A stretch of DNA of 64,000 nt. Source: Cetorhinus maximus. Taxonomy: Eukaryota. A program made the translations under genes and the position numbers. Within the stretch, counting starts at the first letter, position 1. Each line of letters starts with the position of its first letter. Of this stretch, positions 38,144 through 48,821 are shown in pieces. The DNA is taken from the NCBI RefSeq assembly GCF_964194155.1, contig NC_135901.1:25482001-25546000 (forward strand), read 5' to 3'. Below the pieces are notes generated by a model. The model did not search any database. It worked only from the letters and a program-made list of their open reading frames with translations, and was not told where the DNA came from.

Positions 38144-38240
38144 TGTCCATAATGTTCCGCGTGCGTGAACATGTCCCATCCCCATCAGAAGGGCCGTAAT
38201 GCGCAGGTGCGGAAAGGCCCCGCCCCCTGAGCCCGCCTGC
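38144..38240 (+). promoter_or_regulatory. Putative snRNA-type promoter: SPH/Staf-like element at -97..-80, candidate PSE at -70..-50, GC box
   Basis: tgtCCATAATGttCCGCG (38144-38161) resembles the SPH consensus CCCATAATGCAYYGCG. The PSE candidate is supported by position only. Confidence 0.45.
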
Positions 38241-38291
38241 ATACTTACCTGGCAGGGGAGAGACCATGATCATGGTTCTCCCAGGGCAAGG
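38241..38291 (+). ncRNA. RNU1: U1 snRNA 5' fragment (about nt 1-57, with a 6-nt loop I deletion)
   Basis: ATACTTACCTGGCAGGGGAGAGACCATGATCA------TGGTTCTCCCAGGGCAAGG vs human U1 ATACTTACCTGGCAGGGGAGATACCATGATCACGAAGGTGGTTTTCCCAGGGCGAGG. Starts exactly at U1 +1; truncated, no Sm site. Confidence 0.92.
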
Positions 38292-39795
38292 TCGTGGAGT
38301 GAAGTCTATAACCAATCGAACCCCATACCATGGGGTACCTAACACCATCCGAGTCACGGTGAAGGACAGCGAAGGAGGAGCACCCATGGATCGGGCCTTC
38401 TTCATCAAGAGGATCCTGTTGAAGGTGTGTGGTTTTGCAGCTGCGGAGATCTACTCCCTGCAAGACTTCCCCATTGCTGGATATTTCGACGGGACGTTCA
38501 AGCGAGTGGCAGCTTGCGTCAAGTTCCTGAAGGTGTTCGAGGAGAAGAGAGACCAACCGGAGATGAAGATCCTGACAGTGGAGCCACTCTTTGCTCTCCC
38601 GTTGCAACGGGACCGTGTGGTGACTGTGCATCTCTACAAATCCAACGTCCCTGTTGCTGACGTGCTCACCTTCCTCACCAGGTACGTCGACAAGGTTGGG
38701 AGCTGCACCGAGGTTAGAGACGCCTTTGGGATTTGGACATGAAAACGCCAGGTTAAGGTCATGCTCAAGACCGACGGTAAGGGAGCCATCTTACACCCTC
38801 CTTCCAGCTTCGCTATCGGGGGAAGCCATGGCTACCTTGTCTACGCTGGGCAACCCAAACTTTGTCGCTCATGCGGCAAGGCTGGTCATGTGGTGGCCAA
38901 TTGCAGCGCCACCCTCTGCAAGAACTGCAAACAGGAAGGGCACCAGACAAAGGACTGCAAACAGACTAAGTGCTGCAACCTGTGTGGCGAGGCAGGTCAC
39001 CTCTACAGGACCTGCCCCAAACGCTGCCTCACTTATGCGCAGGCAGCCAAAGCCAACGAGGGGGAGGCAGAAGAAATTCTTCGTGTCACTCCAACCACCA
39101 AGGCCCCCAGCGAGAACAATGGGACAAAGGAGGACAGGGAGAGAGACAAGGTGGAGGAAATGATTGAGGCAGCAGACAGCCAATCAACAGCACTGCCCCC
39201 TGAACCTTCCACTCCTCAGGACAGCGAATCAATGGAGGAGGAGGAAGCAGCAGAAAATCAGCAGGGGGAGTGGCAGCTGGTGAAGAGAGCCAAAAGGAAG
39301 AAGGGGCTAAGAAGAGACCAAGCCACTTCCCAGACAAGTGGCAAGAGGCATCTCCCATCCGACACAGATGACAAGGGCAGCTGCTCTTCGGATGAAGAAG
39401 TGCCAGGGCGGCACCGACAGAAGAAGCGGCAAAGCTCTAGGGAATTGGAGGACGAGACTCCCGAGCTCCAGAACATTGAAGACAATGAGGAGACCAGCGC
39501 ACCCCAACTTTGCCCACAACCTGAAGAGGCCAGCGCACCCCAGCTCCGGGAAGCTGGGAGCAGCAACGCCCCAGAGGGGGAGAGGATTGGAGAAGCTTCT
39601 CCAACAAAGGACATTTCAAATCCCGCTCTCTGCATGAACTCTCAAATGCCATCTGAGCAGAACATTACCAATGGGGAGGTTCAGGACATTTTCCTCAGCC
39701 CATCCAAAGTGAGGCAATTTGCGCACACTATGAGTATGAAGGAGCAGACCAAAGGTCTGGGACTCTCAGAGAAAACAGGTTTGGTAAGAGAATAA
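38266..39795 (+). pseudogene. Tx1 ORF1 (gag-like, ZCCHC3-like), one in-frame TGA at 38740-38742
   Basis: ORFs 38266-38742 and 38761-39795 are in the same frame; CRSCGKAGHVVANC, CKNCKQEGHQTKDC, CNLCGEAGHLYRTC. Confidence 0.85.
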
Positions 39796-42700
39796 ATGCT
39801 TTAAAATGGGTGTAAAGATTGTATCCATAAATGTGCGTAGCATTAAATCTACTACGCGATGTGTTGCGACCTTGGACTACCTTGCCAAGGTCAAAGCTGA
39901 CCTGTTGTTTCTGCAGGAGTGTGCGATTCCACACCTCAGCTCCTACAGGCAATGGTCACGATGGTGGACCCATGGGCCATCAATCTGGTCGGGCGGAAAT
40001 GACTCTCGTTCCTCCGGCCTGGGTATTCTGCTGCGGGGAGGCAACTTCACCATCTCCGAGGTTAAGGAGGTGGTGGGCGGGCGCCTCCTCGTAGCAGATG
40101 TAATGTACAAGAATGCTCCACTCCGGTTAATTAACGTGTATGCCCCATCACAAGGGGCCGAGCGGCTGGCGGTTTTTCAACAGCTCCCACTGCTGCTGGC
40201 GACCTCCAGGCCGGTCATTCTGGGCGGTGACTTCAACTGCATCATCGATGCGGCTGGACGATCCGGCAGGCCGACAGCACATTGGACGCTACGTCCAGGT
40301 TCCTGATGGAAACAGTAAAGGATGCCAAGCTGCACGACATCTTCAGCAACCATGCAGACGGAGCGCAGCGTAGATACACCTGGTCGCGGTCAGATGGGTC
40401 CATCCATTCCAGGATAGACTTCCTGTTTGTGTCCCGAGCATTCGCAGTCAGATCCACCGACATCAAGTTCTTCTCTGACCACTGCCTCCTACTGGCTGAC
40501 TGTCACTTAGAGAAAGACCAAAGGGTGGGCAGGGGGGCATGGAAGCTAAACGTGCAACTGCTGACCCCAGAGAACATTGAGGAGCTCAAGAGGGATTACA
40601 AAGGTTGGAGAACCGTGAAACCCCTCTTTGAGTCCCTGACACACTGGTGGGAAGCGATCAAGGGAAACATCAAGAGGTTTTTCATCCTCAAAGGCACCCA
40701 GAAAGCTAGAAAGGAACAGAGGGAAATGTCCCGACTCCAGAAAAACATGCAGAATCTGCTCTGGCTGCGGTCGATGGGGGTCGATGTCAAGGAGGAACTC
40801 CAAGAGGTGAAGAGCCAGCAAGCCTCGCTCTTTGCCTCGGAGGCCTCCAAGATCATCTTCCGTTCCAGAGTCCACTCTGTGGAGCAGGATGAGACATGCT
40901 CATGTTTCTTCTTCCAAAAGGTACACAGAGAGAGCTCTGTGATCTGCAGCCTGAAGGAAGAAGATGGCTCAGTAAAATCATCACAGTCCGACATTTTGAG
41001 GATCAGCAAATCCTTTTATGCCAGATTGTATGACGTGAAGCCCACAGATAGCACGGCCTCCCAGTCCTCCCTGTCCTCTATCACGGAGGTCTTAGACGAC
41101 AGTACACGGGAGAGCCTGGACAAACCGCTAACTCCTGACGAACTGACTAAGGCCCTTGAGTCCTTCGAGAAGAGTAAAACTCCTGGAAGCGACGGCTTGC
41201 CAGTGGAGTTGTATTCAGCTCTGTGGGGCTGGATCGGCCCAGACCTGCTAGAAGTGTACGAGAGTATGCTCCTGGCTGGCAGTATGTCAGAATCCATGAG
41301 GAAAGGCATTATCACCCTCATCTACAAGCACAAGGGGGAAAGAGAGGAAATTAGAAATTGGCGACCCATTTCACTGTTGAATGTGGATTATAAGATTCTG
41401 TCCAAGGTCATCGCCAATCGGGTCAAATCCGCTCTGGAATTGGTGATCCACCCTGCCCAGACCTGCACTGTGCCGGGCAGGAAGATCTCTGACAGCCTCG
41501 CGCTGCTCAGGGATATGATTGCCTATGTGCAGGACAGGGGTTGGACACTTGCCTCATCAGCCTGGATCAGGAGAAGGCCTTTGACATAATATCGCACACC
41601 TACATGGTGGATGTGCTCTCCAAAATGGGGTTTGGGGAGGGAATTCACAATTGGATCCAACTGCTCTACACTAATATCAGTAGCGCAGTCTCAATCAATG
41701 GGTGGGAATCAGATAGCTTTCCTATTAAATCTGGAGTCAGGCAAGGCTGTCCTCTCTCGCCTGTTCTTTTTGTGCGTTGCATAGAACTCTTTGCTGAGTC
41801 CATCAGGAAGGATCCAGGCATAAGAGGAGTGACGATCCCAGGCAGTGGAGGCACTCAGATCAAAGCCTCCCTGTACATGGACGATGTCGCCGTCTTCTGC
41901 TCGGATCCACTGTTGGTGCGCAGACTGATCCACATCTGCGACCAGTTCGAACTGGCCTCAGGAGCCAAGGTAAATCGTGGGAAGAGCGAGGCCATGTTCT
42001 TTGGGAACTGGGCTGACCGATCCTTTGTCCTCTTCACCGTCAGGGCTGATGGCCTGAAGGTGCTGGGGATATGGCTCGGAGGGACCAGGGCATGCGTTAG
42101 AAACTGGAAGGAGCGAGTGTCTATGGTGAAAAGGAAACTGACGCTCCCTCTCCATTGCAGGTAAGAACCTGGTCATCAGGTGTGAGGCACTCTCGCTGTT
42201 GCTGTACGTGGTGCAGGTCTGGCCCATTCCACACTCCTGCGTGATGGTGATCACCCGAGCCATCGCTTTATCTGGAGATCGAAAATGGATTGTGTCCACA
42301 GGGACGTGATGTACAAGCCTCTAGATAAAGGGGGAAAAAACGTGCCCAACATTGCCCTCATACTGATGGCCACCTTTGTGTGTGGCTGCATCAAGCGGTG
42401 CGTAGACCCTCAGTATGCAAACACCAAGTGTCACTATGTGCTGAGGTTCTACCTGTGTTATGAAGGATGAGTTTGGCCACACTGCCGCGGAACGCTCCAA
42501 GTAGTTGGACCGTGCCTAACCACCTGTCCCTCGTGGAAAAATTTATGCAGAGAAACAGCTTTGACCGCAAGTCCATCAGGCAGTGGTCGGCACGTAACGT
42601 CTTAGAGGCCCTGAGGGAAAAGGAGAGGGTGGATCCTGTGGGATGGTTCCCTGAGCAGGCTGTCAAAGTCATTTGGCAGAATGCCTCATCGCCAGAACTT

Positions 42701-43350
42701 TCCAACAAATACCAAGACGTAGCTTGGCTGGTGGTGAGAAAGGCCCTCCCCGTCAGATCCTTCCTACACACTAGGAGTCTCACCCCCTCGGCACGTTGCC
42801 CTCGAGGTGGCTGTGGTGGGGACGAGACCGTTGTTCACCTCCTTGTAGATTGTGCCTTTGCAAAGAGGGTCTGGAGAGAGATGCAGTAGTTTCTGTCGAG
42901 ATTTTAGCCCGAGCAGTTCTGTGACATAGGACTCTGTGCTCTATGGGCTGTTCCCAGGGACACACACCGAGACAAACATCAACTGCAGCTGGAGGATCAT
43001 CAACTCGGTGAAAGACGCTCTTTGGTCTGCCCGAAACTTGTTGGTCTTCCAGTGCAAAGAGTTGTCCCTGACCAAGTGTTGCAGACTGGCACATTCCAAA
43101 GTCCAGGACTACGTGCTGAGGGATGCACTAAAGCTTGGGGCAGCCGCTGCAAAGGTGCAATGGGGAAGGGTCGCTGTCTAAGACCTTTCTGCCAAAGTGC
43201 ACCGAGGGACTGGAAACTGTTTAGAACCCCTCAGGCTGTACATTTGAACATCTGTACAAATGAACATCTGCAAATGATTGTAGTATTCATTTATTGTATT
43301 GATGCACCTCGTGATACATGTTGTAAAAGTTGAACCTGATTGTACCTTTG
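38292..43350 (+). mobile_element. Near full-length Tx1-type (L1 group) non-LTR retrotransposon, inactivated
   Basis: ORF1 with three CCHC knuckles, ORF2 with APE endonuclease, RT and C-terminal zinc motif, then an AT-rich 3'UTR cut by a SINE at ~43350. Confidence 0.9.
39806..43181 (+). pseudogene. Tx1 ORF2 (APE endonuclease, reverse transcriptase, zinc motif), frameshifted
   Basis: SINVR, LQE, GDFN, RIDF, SDH (EN); WRPISLLNVDYKIL, GVRQGCPLSP, YMDD (RT); CPRGGC...HLLVDC. Split over ORFs starting at 39806, 40282, 41541, 42285, 42467 and 42936. Confidence 0.9.
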
Positions 43351-44401
43351 TAATGGTCTAATGGACTAGTAATCCAGAGACCTGGATGATTGTCTGGAGA
43401 CATGAGTTTGAATCCCACCGAGGGTATCTGGGGAAATTTAAATTTAATTAATTCATAAACCTGGAATAAATCTAAAAAGGCTGGTCATGATGATCATAAA
43501 ACTATCAGATTTTTATAAAGCCTCAAGCAGTTCCGAATGCCCTTTAGGGAAGGAAATCGGCCGTCCTTACCTGGCCTGGCCAACATGTGACTCCAGAACC
43601 ACAGCACTGAAGTGGACTCTTAAATGGCCGAGCATGTCATTCAGTTGTGTCAAAGTTCTACAGAAATTAATAAAACCAGACAGACCACCTTCAATGACCC
43701 TGCAAGGTCCTCCCTATAACAGCTGGACTTTGTGTCAATTTCTGTCAGATCTAGGGTTTGCTTTAACTTAATTGTAAAACGTAAGCCAATTACAATTGTT
43801 AGACTGAGCTGGGGGAGCTGATATAAAAGACATTTCAGTTCTGACTCACTACAGGATCATGCTGGTTACAAGTGTGCTGTCACGAGCTTCACAGAATTTA
43901 CTAAGTTAATCACAATAAGTACAAAATGCTAAACTTACCAAAGGCAGTGGAAACAGTCAGTTCACTTTGGAACACTCGCTCATGACTTCTGGCCAACTGT
44001 CATGTTCTGTTGACTGTAATCTATCTTCTTCCTGGAGCTGCCACTATGCTCCTGAAAGCTGGTGCTTATTAACTCTTTCTCGACACAGCCCCTGTGCACG
44101 ATCAATAGTGTTCCTGAACTCTGGTTCAGACGATGCATGATCAGTCCGATTGGTTTAGGTGGTGCGTGATTAGTTTCTGATGGGTCATCTACTGATGCCA
44201 TTTCCTTTAATCTCCTGACTCTCCACACCCTAATGTGTCAATAACTTGTGGGACTGTGTCCCTCATTATAGATTTTCCTGTCATTTCATTAAATTTTGTA
44301 GCTTTCTACTGAGATAATTGGATGCCTTAAGATGTTTTCTTTGTCCGCTTATTTGAGATAAGAAAGCATGTGGAGTCAAGTCCTAATGGTTAACACTTAG
44401 A

Positions 44402-44740
44402 GGGAGGCAGTGGCATAGTAGTATTGTCACTGGACTAGTATCCCAGAGACCCGGGGTAATGCTTTAGGGACCCAGGTTCAAATCTCACCATGGCAGATGG
44501 TGAAATTTGAATTAAAAGTCTGATGACGACTGCAAATCCATTGTTGTAAAAACCCATCTGGTTCACCAATGTCCTCAAGGGAAGGAAATCTCCTGTCCTT
44601 ATCTGGTCTGGCCTATATGTGGCTCCAGACCCACAGCAATGTGGTTGGCTCTTAATGCCCTCTGAACAAGGGCAATTAGGGATGGGCAATAAATGCTGGC
44701 CCAGCCAAGCAACACACATCCCATGAATGAATAAAAAAAA
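44402..44740 (+). mobile_element. tRNA-derived SINE with a CR1-B-derived 3' tail
   Basis: A-box-like tggcatagtagt, B-box-like ggttcaaatc, tail caagggcaattagggatgggcaataaatgctggcc...cacatcccatgaatgaataaaaaaaa shared with LINE copies at 830-898 and 51315-51388. A related partial copy lies at ~43350-43650. Confidence 0.75.
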
Positions 44741-45749
44741 CTTGGGCTCATTGTCCCAAATGCCTAATTGATGTATAGAAATCCTGTAGAGTTCTCATTA
44801 GGGCAGGCGTCTATCAATATGTTTTGGTTAAAGAAACTGCTTGCTGGTGTATGTTTTCATAGTGGCTGCCAGGGATTGGAACACAGTTAATTAAAAAGGT
44901 ACAAAGTTGCAGGCACACAGCCTTAAACTAATACAGAAATTACAATGTTACTTCAGACCTAAAATCGACAGGTAGTGTGCATAAAATCAGTGCATAAAGG
45001 CGATCAGTGTGTCAAAGTTGAGATAGCAAGATACACATAAAAGTGCATACAATTGATACATTTAATTGATACATGTTCATAAGTAATATGAGTCAAAAGA
45101 ACTACAGAGCTACAAAAACTGATTGGAGCACTTAATTCTTTAAGTTTACAGAACCAGGTTATGTATTGTTCAGGAAAGTGACTGCTTCTTTGAAGACACG
45201 ACAAGTTAAAAGGATAAACTGATTTAAGACATAAGGCTGAAGGTTTGAAACCCCACAGCTGTTTTCTTCACACACTCGGGCCTTCTAACTCAAGAATAAA
45301 TGATCAGTGTCAATGGCCGGGGAGTTAACAGTTCCAGACCTTAGTTCATCCAACCAAGACAGGGTTTGCAGCATTTACTCTGCAATTAAACCATAAAAGT
45401 GTAGCTTTGTACAAGCCTAGGGCCATGTGCTATATTTCATTTGTCAAGTAAGGATGCAGCTACAGACAAAGAGCCAGTCATGTGCTACTAGTGTTCTACA
45501 TTTATTACAATTAAACAGAATATCATATTAGGTTATTTGATTAATACACTTCAATTCCTTGATCATTACACATAACTAAACTAGAAACTAATTATTAAAC
45601 ATGACCTTGGCTACAGTCTCACAGACTAGTCAAGCAACAGTCTGACACAGTCACACTCAGAGATAGGCCCGAGCAGAGATGGCAGCACAGAGGTATACAG
45701 GGTGAGAGAGTGGCCCTGGGAGCCCTCCACATTCACGCCAGTCCCCATG

Positions 45750-47600
45750 AAGTCTCATGGCATCAGGTCAAACATGGGCATGGAAATCTCATGCTGATTA
45801 CTGCCTTCCCTCAGCTGATGAATCAGCGCTCCTCCATGTTGAACACCACTTGGAAGAAGCACCGAGGGTGGAAAGGGCATTGAATGTACAGTGGGTGGGG
45901 GAATGTCCATCACTAAGGCTGGCTCAGTAGTACCAATATCGACTGAGCTGGTTGAGTCCTAAAGGACACAGCTGCTAAACTGGGTCTGCAGTCAGTGATG
46001 AGGGAACCAAGAGGGAAAAACCTACCTGACCTCGTCCTCATCAATCTACCTGTTGCAGATCCTTCTGTCCATGACAGTATTGGTAGGAGTGACCACTGCA
46101 CAGTGCTCATCCACTTTCGGGTTGACTGTAACTGGTGGAGTGTCACAGGGATCAGTGCTGGGGCCTCAACTATTTACCATTTGACTCGGATGAAGGAATC
46201 AATTGTGTTATATTCAAATTTGCTGATGAAACAAAAATGTGGGAAAGCAAGTTGTGAGGAGGATATAAAGATACAGATAGGTTAATCGAGTGGTCAAAAA
46301 TTGTGGCAGGTATAATGTGGTAAAATGTGAGGTTGTCTACTTTGGCAGGAACAATAGTAAAACCATTTGATTTAAATGGGGAGAGACTGCAGAATGCTGC
46401 GGTATGGAGGGATCTGGGTGTCCTGGTACATGAATGACAGAAAGGTAGCATTCAGGAACAGCAAATAATTAGGGAGGCATTTTTGAAAGGGGGCTGAAGT
46501 GTAAAAGTAAGGAAGTCTTGCAATGACTGTACAGATCATTGGAGAGAGCACAGCGAGGGAACTGGGCAGAGTTTTCAGCCCCTTACTGAATGAAGGATAT
46601 ACATGCATTGGAAGCAGTTCAGAGAAGGTTCGCTATACTGATTCCTGGAATGAAGGGATTGTCCTATGAGGAAAGGTTGAGCAGGTTGGGCCCATACTCT
46701 TTGGAGTTTAGAAAAATGAGAGGTGATCTTATTGAAACAAGATCCTGAGGGGGCTTGACAGGGACAATGTTGGGAGGATGTTTCCTTTCGTGGGTGAATC
46801 TAGAACTAGGAGGCACAGTTTAAAGATAAGGGGTCTCCCATTTAGGACAGACACAAGAAGGAATTTCTTTGCTGAGGGTCATTAATCTTTAGAATTCTCC
46901 TCCCCAGAGAGCGATGAAGGCTAGATCACTGAATATATTCAAGGCTGAGTTGGACATGTTTTTGATTGACAAGAGAGTCAAGAGTTATGGGTGCAGACAG
47001 GAAAGTGGGAGTTAATGCAACAATCGGATCAGCCATGATCGGAGCAGGCTCGAGGGGCCAAATGACTTACTCCTGCTTCTAATTCTTGTGATCTTATAAG
47101 ACAAAGTCCCGTCTTCACACTGAGGATGCCGTCCATCATGTTGTGAGGCACTATCACCATGCTAAATGGGATAGATTCAGAATAGGTTGAGATATAAACT
47201 GGGCATCCATGAGGTGCTGTGGGTCATCAGCAGCAGCAGAATTGTATTCAGCCTCAATCTGTAACCACATGGTCCACATATCCCTCACTCTACCATTACC
47301 ATCAAGCCAAGGGACCAACCCTGGTTCAACACGGAGTGTAGGAGCAGCACCAGGCATTCCTAAAACTCAGATTCCAATCTGGTGACCCTACACGATGGAA
47401 CAATGTGCATTCTAAACAGTGGAAGCAGCATGCTCGAGGCAGGGTTAAGCGATCCCACAAACAATGGATCAGATCACAGATCAACCTACCACATCCAGTC
47501 AAGAAAGGTGCTGGACAAGTAAACAACTAACAGGAAAAGTAGGCCCCACAATCATCACCATTCTCAATGATGGCGGAGCCCAGCACATCATTACAAAAGA
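45750..47600 (+). mobile_element. CR1-B endonuclease-region fragment with a nested CR1 3' copy (~46120-47095)
   Basis: 'RGKNLPDLVLINLP...HDSIGRSDHCTVL' (EN C-terminus) is interrupted and resumes at 'acaaagtcccgtcttcacactgagg' at ~47100. Confidence 0.6.
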
Positions 47601-47927
47601 CTGGGTTTTGTGTTTAGTGATCCTGGGAGTGTTACCAATACCTTTTCTGGACACCAAGGCTAGGAGGGACAATTTGGAATGTATGGGACTTATCTGTGAG
47701 AGTAATTAAAGGCATGAGAACTGAAATAATCTAGAGTTAGAAAGGAGAAAAGGCTCCAAAAATGGAGCAGTTAGCAACTGGGCATCAATTAATCTCATGT
47801 TGGAGAAATGAAGGTCTCGAAAGTGTGTCTGTGACAATATTAGCTCACTTGACATTTATCCAGAATATTAAATTCCAGCTCAGTTACAGCAGCTGAAACA
47901 AAACCCAGCTGTCAGAATGAACACGGT

Positions 47928-48821
47928 TCATTGCTGAATCTGATTAACAGCAGCAATAACAGCAGAATCCAGTTCCTGCAGACTATTGTGAACTCGCTGG
48001 TGTGTCAGCAGGTGGGATGAGCGAGTGTATCCCTTCCCACAGTCGGAGCTGATGAACGGTCTCTCCCCAGTGTGCACTCGCTGGTGTCTCAGCAGAACAC
48101 TTGTGGTTTTAAAGCTCTTCTCACATTCAGAACATTTGAAAGGTTTCTTATCAGAGTGAACAAATTGGTGTGATCTGAGGCTGGTTAAATAAATGAATCC
48201 TTTTCCACACAGGGAGCAGATGAACGATTTCTCCCCAGTGTGAACTCGCTGGTGTTTCTGGAGGCTGGATGACAGAGTGAATCCCTTCCCACACACTGTG
48301 CATCTGAATGGCCTCTCCTCATTGTGAACCCGCTGGTGGATCAGCAGATCACTTGTGGTTTTATAACTCTTTTCACAGTCAGAACATTTGAAAGGTCTTT
48401 TATCTGTGTGAACTAGTTGGTGTAGCGCGAGGTGGAATGACCGAGTGAATCCCTTCCCACACAAAGAGCAGATGAATGGCCTCTCCCCAGTGTGAGTGCA
48501 TTTGTGTTCAATGAGGTTCTGTGATCTTTTAAACACCTTCCTGCGGTGAGAGCAACTGAACTGTTTCTCGGTGTGAACAACCTGGTGCCTGACTAGGTCC
48601 TTGGAGCTTTGAAAGCTGTTCTCACTCTCCGAGGGGTTACACAGCCTCTCATCAATGTGAACTTGCCGGTGGGTCTGCAGGTGGGATGACTGAATGAATC
48701 CCTTCCCATACACGGAGCAGGTGAATGGCCTCTCCCCACTGTGACTGCGTTGATGCATTTCCAGCAGGGATGGGTAATTGAATCCCTTCCCACAGTCCCC
48801 ACATTTCCACGGTTTCTCCAT
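47928..48821 (-). CDS. C2H2 zinc-finger protein with several degenerate fingers
   Basis: Intact ORF MEKPWKC...; fingers 2-4 and the last finger lack Cys residues (CSVY, CNPSES, CSHR, SSDC). May be decaying. Confidence 0.65.
   Translation of the reverse strand: MEKPWKCGDCGKGFNYPSLLEMHQRSHSGERPFTCSVYGKGFIQSSHLQTHRQVHIDERLCNPSESENSFQSSKDLVRHQVVHTEKQFSCSHRRKVFKRSQNLIEHKCTHTGERPFICSLCGKGFTRSFHLALHQLVHTDKRPFKCSDCEKSYKTTSDLLIHQRVHNEERPFRCTVCGKGFTLSSSLQKHQRVHTGEKSFICSLCGKGFIYLTSLRSHQFVHSDKKPFKCSECEKSFKTTSVLLRHQRVHTGERPFISSDCGKGYTRSSHLLTHQRVHNSLQELDSAVIAAVNQIQQ

Noticed and set aside
38241-38291. Intact functional U1 snRNA
   Set aside because: Only ~51 nt are present; stem-loops II-IV and the Sm site are missing and loop I is partly deleted.
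38266-39795. Host ZCCHC3 gene
   Set aside because: It is followed 10 bp later by EN-RT ORF2 and has an internal stop, so it is a retrotransposon ORF1.
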